Positions 39,171 through 47,592 of a stretch of DNA of 64,000 nucleotides are shown here, in pieces. The stretch comes from an uncultured Oscillospiraceae bacterium (GTDB lineage: Bacteria > Bacillota > Clostridia > Oscillospirales > Acutalibacteraceae). The notes under the pieces were generated by a model, which was not told the DNA's origin, ran no database searches, and saw only the letters and a list, made by a program, of their open reading frames with translations. The stretch is from contig CABUAS010000001.1 in the NCBI GenBank assembly GCA_902489595.1, positions 2,166-66,165 on the forward strand, read 5' to 3'. How positions within the stretch are numbered: the first letter of the stretch is position 1; the number at the start of each line of letters is the position of its first letter. The position numbers and the translations under genes were made by a program.

Positions 39171-40937
39171 GCCGCCACATATAACATTGACACCGAAAGC
39201 CTTGTCCCTTTGGTTTTTAACCGTTTGGACTATTGTGGCTGATAAGTTACCTTCGATGTCCCAATTAAAATTTACGACTTTACCTCTGTAACCTGCTTCT
39301 TCGAGTTGTTCATCGGTAAGCGTACCTGCTTCAAGCAACATAGCAATATCCGCTTTTAACTCTATGTCTATGTGCGGCTCTTCGCCGTCAAAGACCACTA
39401 TTCTATCAACAATAAGCGGTAGATCGCCCTTGTCGAGTTTATCCTTGTCGAGAATATCACGGAAAATTTGCAAAGCCGTTTTTGCGATACGGTTGACCTC
39501 TATGGTTGTGTTTCTGCGTTCAACCGTCATTTCAAGTTGCTTTTCAAGACCGTCAATTTTTTGCAAAAGCTCGGTTTCCATTTCCTCATAGGTTTCCTCT
39601 ATGATTTCACGGTTTACACCTTCCGCTTTCATTAACTCACGAATTTTCTGCTTTTGAGTAGCCTTGTAACTCTCCCTTGCCTTTGCTAAATCCACCTCTA
39701 AATTTGCGATAGTGGAAGCAGAGGTTTTCATCATTTGTGGCTCACTCTTAATGGCTTTTTCCAATTCAGCAATCATTTTTTCGGAGTTCATCATCACACG
39801 CTCAATATACTTTTTGAGCATCGTATCGAGCAAATCAATACGGGTATGGTGTGATGTGCAACCTTTAAGACCTCTCTTGTGGTACGTTCCACAAGTGTAG
39901 GCGGGTGCTAAATCGGGACGGCTCATAGAGAACATAGGACTACCGCAATCACCACAAAAAAGGAAACCCGAATAGGTAGTATCGTATTTCTTGACACCCC
40001 GATAATTCGATTTTGTCCGTGCTTTTAGGTGCTGTTGAGCCTTCATAAACTCTTTGACATCGACTATGGCAGGGTGATGATTTTCAAACACCTTGTGTTC
40101 GTCCTCGTCCAATTTTTTATCCGCACCATTGATATTTTTACGGGTATATTTGTGCTGACGGAGAGTGCCGATATAAAAATCATTCTGCAAAATACCGCTG
40201 ATTGACGGTATTGCCCATATAGGACTTGCTTTGATTTTTACCTCAACCTTGCCCTTGCTCTTTGCGGCTTCGGCTTCTTTGCGTTCCTTTTCCACCATAC
40301 GAGGTGTCGGGATATTTTTCTCGGTAAGGTAGTTTGCAATTTTCTTATAACCCCACCCCTCGTTGTATAGACGGAAAATCTCACGGACAACCACCGCCGC
40401 CTTTTCGTCAACCTCAAAAATCATATTTTTGGTATCAACAAAGTAATATCCGTAAGGCACGGCACAAATCCAATTCCCGTCATTTTGACGGCTCTCAACG
40501 ACCCTTTTTACCTTTTTGGAAGCATCGGTAACGGGCATTTCGTTGAGCAAAAAGCGTACTTGGATATTATTCCAATCATCATAGGTCGGATAGTCGATAC
40601 CGTCACCGATGGAAATAATACGCACCCCTGCATCTCGCAAATCTTCGAGTTCTACAAGACCTCTACTGTTACGGCGGGAAAAACGGGAAAAGTCTTTAAT
40701 GATAAGAATATCGTAATGCCCGTTCATCAAAAGTGGACGCATACGCTGATAATCTTCTCTCTGCTCAAAGGTGTAACCGCTTTTATCACGATCCTCGTAA
40801 TAGTCCACCTCTGCATCGGGAAATGTCTGCTTAATGTAAGTTTTTATAATTCTTCTTTGGTTTTCGATAGATGTATTATCTCTGTCTTTTTCAGTATCAA
40901 CAGAGATACGCATATATGCGGCAATCTTTTTCGCCAT
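38727..40937 (-). CDS. large serine recombinase (TnpX/SpoIVCA class); ORF continues in frame into the spoVT 3' segment (589 + 147 aa)
   Basis: Resolvase domain (AAYMRISVDT...RFSRR), recombinase domain, Zn-ribbon (CGDCGSPM...CGTY...C) and coiled coil. No stop codon before the junction at 39170. Confidence 0.9.
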   Translation of the reverse strand: MAKKIAAYMRISVDTEKDRDNTSIENQRRIIKTYIKQTFPDAEVDYYEDRDKSGYTFEQREDYQRMRPLLMNGHYDILIIKDFSRFSRRNSRGLVELEDLRDAGVRIISIGDGIDYPTYDDWNNIQVRFLLNEMPVTDASKKVKRVVESRQNDGNWICAVPYGYYFVDTKNMIFEVDEKAAVVVREIFRLYNEGWGYKKIANYLTEKNIPTPRMVEKERKEAEAAKSKGKVEVKIKASPIWAIPSISGILQNDFYIGTLRQHKYTRKNINGADKKLDEDEHKVFENHHPAIVDVKEFMKAQQHLKARTKSNYRGVKKYDTTYSGFLFCGDCGSPMFSMSRPDLAPAYTCGTYHKRGLKGCTSHHTRIDLLDTMLKKYIERVMMNSEKMIAELEKAIKSEPQMMKTSASTIANLEVDLAKARESYKATQKQKIRELMKAEGVNREIIEETYEEMETELLQKIDGLEKQLEMTVERRNTTIEVNRIAKTALQIFRDILDKDKLDKGDLPLIVDRIVVFDGEEPHIDIELKADIAMLLEAGTLTDEQLEEAGYRGKVVNFNWDIEGNLSATIVQTVKNQRDKAFGVNVICGGDPLEIFTDSEGEVIFKKYSPIGELSNFANQYAEVLHKSGGLPIAIMDNDHVIAASGISKREILERRITKNLEDLMENRQIHIATRDVPSMNAIEGFDRKANVVYPIIYGGDVSGAVALMETEPNTLPDETDIKLVQVAAAFLGKQME

Positions 40938-40986
40938 ATATTCACCACCAATGTTGTATTTTTATATACTCCTATTTACGAACAAC

Positions 40987-41015
40987 ATTGTAACATACCT
41001 TTCTACAAATTGCAA
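40987..41015 (-). promoter_or_regulatory. candidate sigma-A promoter of the recombinase gene (internal to the element)
   Basis: Minus strand TTGCAA, 17 nt, TACAAT, about 45 nt upstream of the recombinase ATG. Confidence 0.55.
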
Positions 41016-41095
41016 CACTTTTCGAGGAATTAGTTGATTTTGGAAGTCTTTTAATGTAATTATGGCAGAATAAACCTCTGCCATAGCAGAGATAA

Positions 41096-41344
41096 TTAAC
41101 TATCTCCGATTAGTCCTTGCTGAACGTTCTTGGCTGCAAGAACCTCTTTGTTGTGGAGCAACAACTCCTTTGTGAGTTCCACAATATCGCCTTTGCCGGA
41201 AAGGAATACGCACACCTTATACCCTTTGGCTTTCCAATTTCTATAATCGGGTTTTAAGGACTCTCGCAACGCTTTGTCCTCTCTTTCTTCCCGTGATAAC
41301 CAATAATATGCTATTTTGTTCTTGTCGCAGACTTCCAAAATCAT
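41096..41344 (-). CDS. hypothetical protein (82 aa)
   Basis: ORF with RBS GGAGGTG. No family recognised. Confidence 0.5.
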   Translation of the reverse strand: MILEVCDKNKIAYYWLSREEREDKALRESLKPDYRNWKAKGYKVCVFLSGKGDIVELTKELLLHNKEVLAAKNVQQGLIGDS

Positions 41345-41595
41345 TCGCTGACACCTCCGTTCATTCCATATTTTTCCTCGATTTTGTTGCGTCTATTCAG
41401 ATTGCTTTTTTACCCTCCGAAAAAGAAAATGGGTGTGCCTGACCTCAAGCGGCGGCTTCCAAACACCGCTTTGGTCTATATACTCTCTGTCTAAAGTAGT
41501 CCATAGAATTATTCTTTTTTCGGGTAGTAAGTTATTATCTTTAGTATTGTTTCCTGCTAAAAAGCCGCAGTCTTTAATGCGGAAAAACCGCACTC

Positions 41596-41949
41596 TTACT
41601 GTGTTTGGAACTTGTGGACGTAGAGCCGAGTCGGTCTGCCTTTGCCTTGCCGTTGTCGGCTGATGAGTCCGTACATTTCCAATTCTTTCAGCATTTTGGT
41701 GGCTTTATCGTGTCCGCAGGAAAGTGTTTCGCATATATCCTTTAGGGTGCAATACACGAACACATCGCCGTAGCGGTCAGTAAATCTATCCTTGTTTTTG
41801 GTGGAAAGGCTCATACGGTCAAGCAGTATTCCGTAGAGCAGGGCGGCATTTGCGGATAGCCCCGTATATGACGGGTGCGTTAGGATTGCTTTCGGAACTC
41901 TCACAAAAGCAAACGCTTCAGCTTCCCACCACTTGAATTTTTCGCCCAA
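41596..41949 (-). CDS. RepA_N-like winged-helix protein (replication initiator A N-terminal domain type)
   Basis: FVRVPKAILTHPSYTGLSANAALLYGILLDRMSLS...TLKDICETLSCGHDKATKMLKELE resembles the Firmicute RepA_N domain (from memory). Confidence 0.65.
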   Translation of the reverse strand: MGEKFKWWEAEAFAFVRVPKAILTHPSYTGLSANAALLYGILLDRMSLSTKNKDRFTDRYGDVFVYCTLKDICETLSCGHDKATKMLKELEMYGLISRQRQGKGRPTRLYVHKFQTQ

Positions 41950-42029
41950 GCGTTCTCACTCCTTTCGTGCGATTTTTTGTATTAAAAGGGGGCGGTTTTT
42001 GCCGTTTTCGTCCTCTGTAAGCGGCTTTT

Positions 42030-42278
42030 CTAAGGTGGGTGGTATGTTTCCCTTAACTTCCCGATATTCTGTTTTTTGCAACGATTTGGTGCTTTTTTAC
42101 GGGCATAATGCACCGCCCTTTTGCTTTCATATCGGCGGCACTCTATGATTTTCGCCCGAAAACTCTGTTTGCAATCACGGGTACAACTGCGGCATATTTC
42201 GTTGTAGGTGCGGCGGTGCGTTATCGGATGAATGAAGAACGCCCACTCTTGTTTTGCTTTCTTTGATAATCTCGGCAT
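42030..42278 (-). CDS. cysteine-rich VLP-type small protein
   Basis: Start moved to MPRLSKKAKQEW. The CRSCTRDCKQS...ECRRY motif is common in Firmicute mobile elements (from memory). Confidence 0.6.
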   Translation of the reverse strand: MPRLSKKAKQEWAFFIHPITHRRTYNEICRSCTRDCKQSFRAKIIECRRYESKRAVHYARKKAPNRCKKQNIGKLRETYHPP

Positions 42279-42419
42279 CGTAAAACTCCTTTCACTTATT
42301 TGGACAAAGGGGTGCATTTTGGACACCCATTTTGAATTTCTTTTATTTACCCCTTCACTTGTTCCTACGGACATTATCAGGGTGTCATAGAACTGTCATA
42401 ATCGTTTTGTTTTCCCTCA

Positions 42420-42800
42420 ATGAGTAGCCACCGAGAAGGGCAAAAATATAACCGTTTTCAAAAAATCTTTCTAATAAGTAGGCACCGAAAGCGGCAAAAA
42501 TTCAAAAGGATTTGAAAAAATATCTCTCTATTTGTTTGAAACGGGAGAGGAAAATATAAGGGTGTTTTTTGAAAAATCTCTCACATATTTGGAATTGCTA
42601 CCGCCGAATGATGCCCTGTTTGCATTAAATTTTTCTGCGGCTCTCACTTACCTGCCGCACGGTTTTGAAGAAAAAACGAAACAGTTTCTAATATGTAATT
42701 GGCGAATTTATTTAGCGTTTGGCAAAAATTTTTTGATCTTCCTACTTTTAATTGCTGAATTTTTTTAGCGTTTAGACACTCCGTTTAATAATTTATTGGG
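42420..42800. repeat. iteron-like direct repeats in an A/T-rich noncoding stretch (candidate origin/operator region)
   Basis: GTAGCCACCGAGAAGGGCAAAAAT (42423) matches GTAGGCACCGAAAGCGGCAAAAAT (42477). TTGAAAAAATATCTCTC matches TTGAAAAATCTCTCAC. GAATTTATTTAGCGTTTGG (42704-42722) matches GAATTTTTTTAGCGTTTAG (42756-42774). Confidence 0.4.
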
Positions 42801-42850
42801 AAATTTTTTGCTGAAAATAAAAAAGATTTCCGAAAAAATTTCTCGGAAGT

Positions 42851-43020
42851 CGAATGGAGAATGAGATGCACTATACCAGCAAGCATCGCCTTTTGTCACC
42901 CAAAGGTAGACCTGCCCGCCGACAAAGTATTGTCTTAGCGAGCAGACCGTTTTTACTCCTATCGGCTAAAAATGGTACTCGTTAGGGAAATTCCCTAAAA
43001 CCCTTTGCCGCCGCAGAGCA
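42851..43020 (-). ncRNA. candidate structured ncRNA, copy A (homologous to 53496-53722, opposite strand)
   Basis: Lies between two minus-strand terminators (43022-43062 and 42812-42850). It shares three blocks with copy B: TTAGGGAATTTCCCTAACGAG, GGTCTGCTCGCTAAGA and TTTGGGTGACAAAAGGCGATGCTTGCT. Confidence 0.35.
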
Positions 43021-43072
43021 TAAAAAAGACACCTATCAAAATTGATAAGTGTCTGTGTGCGGCGGTGCCGCC

Positions 43073-43783
43073 TTATTCAGTTTTGGTTTTGAGCCGACAC
43101 ACTCCGTCAGCTTCGTCCCGCCGCTTTAATTCGGCGGCAAGGGTATCCATCATCTTACGCTCAATGTGTTCCACGCTACCACGATTGAGGTCGTGCTGAT
43201 CGGCATACTTGCGTACCGATACCCCGTTTATGTAACGCTCGGTAAAATATTCTGCAAAAACTTTCATTACCGATTTTAAGCAGCCGTTTATAAAGCGGTA
43301 GTCCTCCATCATAACGGCATACTCATCTTTGCTAATGCCAATGTAACGGTTGTGTGCTTTGCAGAGTAAGTGCCTATCCCTATCTTCCGTATAGTGTTTG
43401 CAAAGATCCTTCGCATAATCATAATAGGTGGTGGTTGTTCGGAAACGGCGGCTGTAATAACTCTCTTTGTGTTCTTTTGGCTTGTTCGTGCGGCGAACAC
43501 CCTCGAAGCCATCTTCCTCTATATCGAGCCATAGCCAATTCGGTGCGTTCATTTGCGTTTGACGGGTAAAGCACCGCACCGTCTTTCCGTTATGCTTGAC
43601 CTTTGCATTAAAATCTTTCAAGGGCATTGTAACATACTGATTCTTGTCCTTGTAATCAACTGTATAAAAAATAACGGTGTCCTCTTGGCTTTCATAATCC
43701 TTTGCCGTTGTTACAACAAAGATGTGTTTGCCGTCATAACGCTTGTAATAACCGGCAAAGACACGCCTTTCTTTTTCAGCCAT
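43073..43783 (-). CDS. DNA-binding protein with sigma-70 region-4-like C-terminal HTH (N-terminus DUF1653-like)
   Basis: C-terminus ERYINGVSVRKYADQHDLNRGSVEHIERKMMDTLAAEL resembles a sigma region 4 HTH. The N-terminal assignment is from memory only. Confidence 0.55.
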   Translation of the reverse strand: MAEKERRVFAGYYKRYDGKHIFVVTTAKDYESQEDTVIFYTVDYKDKNQYVTMPLKDFNAKVKHNGKTVRCFTRQTQMNAPNWLWLDIEEDGFEGVRRTNKPKEHKESYYSRRFRTTTTYYDYAKDLCKHYTEDRDRHLLCKAHNRYIGISKDEYAVMMEDYRFINGCLKSVMKVFAEYFTERYINGVSVRKYADQHDLNRGSVEHIERKMMDTLAAELKRRDEADGVCRLKTKTE

Positions 43784-44034
43784 AGAACCGCCACCTTTCC
43801 GTTGAATTTATTTTATTATACACCTTTTTAAGCCGAAAAGAAAGGTCATAATTTTGAACAATTATAGCACAGTATAAAACAAATTGAGAATTAACGATTA
43901 GAATTAATGCCATCGTTAATTCTATCATCTTCACAATTAATTCTGAACTTTTTTTGAAACTTGCTTCCCAATATTGAAAATTCATTGATTTCGGGAAACA
44001 AATGTGGTATAATAACTTTGCGAGGTGATTTTCT

Positions 44035-45228
44035 ATGAAACTAATCGAAAGAAAACAATACTTAGATAAAATGATAGGCGTTATCGGAACTCCCGATATT
44101 AAAGTTTTAACAGGCGTGAGACGTTCGGGTAAATCAAAGTTACTCGAAGCCTTCAAAGCCTATGTGAAAAAGAATATTGTTGACGCTAATATTATTCATA
44201 TCAACTTTAACCTGTCTAAGTATGACAACCTTAAAGAATACAAAGCACTTAATGAATATATCGAAAACAACTATGTAGAAGGTAAGGAAAATTTCGTTTT
44301 AATTGACGAGATTCAAATGTGCGATAATTTTGAGCTGTGTATAAACAATCTCCACGCAACCGAGATGTACGATATTTATATCACGGGTTCTAACGCTTTT
44401 CTGCTCAGCTCGGATTTGGCAACATTGTTTACCGGCAGAACATTCGAAATCAAGGTGTATCCATTCTCCTTTGCCGAATATGTGCATTACTTCGGTCTAA
44501 CAGATAATTATACTGCTTTTGATAACTATATGCTTGAAGGCGGTATGTCCGGTTCTTATCTGTATAAAGAGCAAGAGGATAAATACGATTATATCGAAAC
44601 CGTCTTTGATACGTTGATCTTAAGAGATATACGACAAAAGTATAACATCAAAAATCCTGCTCTGATGGATCGTATTTCTCAATTCTTGATGGATAATGTG
44701 TCCAATTTGACCTCGGCAAGAAGCATTACGGACACGCTCACCTCGAACAAGGATAAAATTAATCATAAGACAGTTGGCAATTATCTGAGTTACCTTTGCA
44801 ACGCATTTGCCTTCTATAAGTTCCGCAGATACGATATTAAAGGCAAAAAATATCTTGCTTCCAACGATAAGTACTATTTAAGTGACCATACCTTCCGCTA
44901 TGCCAAGCTCGGTACAAAAAACTTAGATAACGGCAGAGTGATTGAAAATATCGTTGCAATGGAATTGCTTAGACGTGGCTATGAGGTTTATGTCGGTGTC
45001 TTATATAAAAAAGAGATTGATTTCGTAGCACTTAAGAGAAACGAGAAAATTTATATTCAGGTTTCGGACAATATTACCCATCCCGATACCTTTAGGCGAG
45101 AAGTTGATCCCCTGCTCAAAATCAAGGATGCCTATCCCAAGATGGTTATTGCACGAACAAGAAACCCCGAATATCAATACGAGGGCGTTAGAGTTGTTGA
45201 TGTGGCAGACTGGCTGCTAAACAAATAA
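44035..45228 (+). CDS. AAA+ ATPase (AAA_14 + DUF4143 type, COG1373-like) with PD-(D/E)xK-like C-terminus
   Basis: Walker A GVRRSGKS, Walker B VLIDEIQ. C-terminal EIDFVALKRNEKIYIQVS nuclease-like motif. Confidence 0.8.
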   Translation: MKLIERKQYLDKMIGVIGTPDIKVLTGVRRSGKSKLLEAFKAYVKKNIVDANIIHINFNLSKYDNLKEYKALNEYIENNYVEGKENFVLIDEIQMCDNFELCINNLHATEMYDIYITGSNAFLLSSDLATLFTGRTFEIKVYPFSFAEYVHYFGLTDNYTAFDNYMLEGGMSGSYLYKEQEDKYDYIETVFDTLILRDIRQKYNIKNPALMDRISQFLMDNVSNLTSARSITDTLTSNKDKINHKTVGNYLSYLCNAFAFYKFRRYDIKGKKYLASNDKYYLSDHTFRYAKLGTKNLDNGRVIENIVAMELLRRGYEVYVGVLYKKEIDFVALKRNEKIYIQVSDNITHPDTFRREVDPLLKIKDAYPKMVIARTRNPEYQYEGVRVVDVADWLLNK

Positions 45229-45370
45229 CAACTTCCCAAAAACGAAAAAAATATAAATTTGGATAACGTAATTATTATCCCGCATATATCTTTTTATCAA
45301 GCCGATATTCGTTGGCGCTATTGATATGAAAGTTGTAGATGCTTGTGGGGTAACAGCAAAAGGAGAAAAA

Positions 45371-45871
45371 ATGAAGTTAGCTGAAATATTAAATCTCATA
45401 GCAATTATTATAATTCCAATTATCGCCGTTATAGTTGGGCAGTGGTTACAAACTCGCTCTGAAAAACGAAAAGACAAAATGCACATATTTAAAACATTAA
45501 TGACTTCCCGTGTTTATGGGTGGACGCAAGAAAGTGTATATTGCTTAAATATAATCGACATAGTGTTTGCAGATGATAAGAAAGTACGCAATGCGTGGAA
45601 AGACTTGTACGATAAGTATTGTGTTCAAAATCCCGATGAATCGCAACTTAAAAAAATCGAGACTGCACAATACAAATTATTAGAGACTATGGCTGTTTCT
45701 TTAGGATATAAGGATAAGGTTACGTGGGAAACCATTCAAAATCCCTATATTCCCAAAGGAATGTTACGGCAGATCGAAGCTCAAAACCAATCTCAACAAG
45801 CGTATAACAATCTATTGCTAAATATGCAACAGATGATGCCGCAGAGTAAAAATCCGGAGGAAAAGAAATGA
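45371..45871 (+). CDS. small N-terminally membrane-anchored protein, translationally coupled to mod
   Basis: Start at [25 protein letters not shown] (RBS AAAGGAG). Its stop overlaps the mod ATG (ATGA). Confidence 0.6.
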   Translation: MKLAEILNLIAIIIIPIIAVIVGQWLQTRSEKRKDKMHIFKTLMTSRVYGWTQESVYCLNIIDIVFADDKKVRNAWKDLYDKYCVQNPDESQLKKIETAQYKLLETMAVSLGYKDKVTWETIQNPYIPKGMLRQIEAQNQSQQAYNNLLLNMQQMMPQSKNPEEKK

Positions 45872-47592
45872 GTACCAATATTTCAAAACAAAAGCGTGAG
45901 GATCTACTTACGAAAATAAAAGAAATTCGGACTTTTATTTCTGCTGCACCGCAGGACGAGAACACGGGCAATCTGCTCTCCTACCTTTCGGAGCTTGAAA
46001 AAGATGTGTGCGGTAAAAAATACGGTCTTGTGTTCGAGGAACACCGTGAGGAGATTGACGAGGTACTTGCCACCCACACGCCCGTCCTGACTGAGCAAAG
46101 CGACCTTTATATTGCCAACGGCGGCGAAATGAACTTTCTTATCGAGGGGGACAACCTCGCTTCGCTCAAATTGCTTGAAAAGACACACAAGGGTAAAATT
46201 GACCTCATTTACATAGATCCGCCATATAACACACAAAACGCTGATTTTATGTACGATGATACTTTTGTTGCGGCGGATGACTTATATAGACACAGTAAAT
46301 GGCTGTCTTTTATGAAAAAAAGATTACTGTTTTGTCGAAAATTATTAGCTGACAGAGGTTTTATTTTTATAAGCATTGATGACAACGAAGCACCGTACTT
46401 AAAGGCTCTCTGTGATGAAATTTTTGGTGAGGATAATTACGAAAAAACTGATTATATTCAAGTGCGTTATCCCGATAAAACATTGAAATCCGATATGCGT
46501 TACCACAAGGAAATTGAGCAAGTTTTAGTGTATCGAAAGTCATTTGCGGCAAAACCATATCTTAAACCACAAGAATATGATTACGATAAATTTATATATT
46601 CTATCAATGAATTATCCGCAGGCAAAGAGATCGAATTGGGCGGAAAAAAGGTGGTTGTCTTTGAGCAAGACGAATACGAAATCATACAACACGATACGGG
46701 CTTCAAAGATGGTCTAAAAGAAATATGGGCAACGGGTACAATTCTCAATGGTAATTCATCGGGTAGATTTTTCCGTGATTATCTTGATGGCAGAAAAGAT
46801 ATTGATGGATTAGGCATTCTTTATAAAGTTTATGGTATAGGCGATGACCAATACCCCTACCGATATTTTACCGGTCCTAAAAAGGCAAATGCAACAAAAG
46901 GAAAGTATTATCAAGGAGTTCCTTTCGAAAAGATGGCAGAGGGTGCGACAAAGGTAACTCCTATTCCTAATTTTTATGATATGGCAGGAGATTTTGGCAA
47001 CATTCGGCACGAGGGCGGTGTTCCTTTTAATAGCGGCAAAAAACCTGTTAAACTGATAAATATGTACCTTGATTATTTTGCAGAGAAAGATATTACGGTT
47101 CTTGACTTTTTCGCAGGTTCAGGCAGTACGGGACACGCTGTGTTACAACGCAATACCCTTGACGACGGAAATCGAAAATTCATTCTTTGCACAAATAACG
47201 AAAGCGGTATTTGTCGGGACATTACATATACCCGCATTAAAAACGTTTTGCAGAAAAATAGCGGCAGTCTAAAATATTACAAGGTGGACTATATCCCCGT
47301 GAGCGAGCGTATGTACTACGAATATGCGGACGAGCTGCTTTTGCATATCCGTGAACTCGTTGAGCTTGAAAACGGTGTAAATTTTACGGGCAATGCTGAA
47401 ATCGGTATTGTGCTGACGGAAGAAGAACTTGACGAATTTATAGCCAATGCAGACTCTTTTGCAAAATGCCGCAAACTGTATATGGGACACGACCTCTTAC
47501 CGAGCGAAGAACAAGAGCGTGTACTGAAGAAATACGGCATTGAAATCAGTATCATTCCCGACTACTACTATCGGGATTTGCAGGAGGGTTGA
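45868..47592 (+). CDS. mod: type III restriction-modification methyltransferase (Mod)
   Basis: DPPYN motif ([10 protein letters not shown]) and [13 protein letters not shown] motif in beta-class order, with a central variable region. Confidence 0.85.
   Translation: MSTNISKQKREDLLTKIKEIRTFISAAPQDENTGNLLSYLSELEKDVCGKKYGLVFEEHREEIDEVLATHTPVLTEQSDLYIANGGEMNFLIEGDNLASLKLLEKTHKGKIDLIYIDPPYNTQNADFMYDDTFVAADDLYRHSKWLSFMKKRLLFCRKLLADRGFIFISIDDNEAPYLKALCDEIFGEDNYEKTDYIQVRYPDKTLKSDMRYHKEIEQVLVYRKSFAAKPYLKPQEYDYDKFIYSINELSAGKEIELGGKKVVVFEQDEYEIIQHDTGFKDGLKEIWATGTILNGNSSGRFFRDYLDGRKDIDGLGILYKVYGIGDDQYPYRYFTGPKKANATKGKYYQGVPFEKMAEGATKVTPIPNFYDMAGDFGNIRHEGGVPFNSGKKPVKLINMYLDYFAEKDITVLDFFAGSGSTGHAVLQRNTLDDGNRKFILCTNNESGICRDITYTRIKNVLQKNSGSLKYYKVDYIPVSERMYYEYADELLLHIRELVELENGVNFTGNAEIGIVLTEEELDEFIANADSFAKCRKLYMGHDLLPSEEQERVLKKYGIEISIIPDYYYRDLQEG

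Noticed and set aside
41393-41593. 66-aa ORF immediately after the RepA_N-like gene
   Set aside because: It starts at a GTG inside a terminator-like hairpin (CCGCATTAAAGACTGCGG plus T-run). It has no RBS and no recognisable motif, so it is treated as noncoding.
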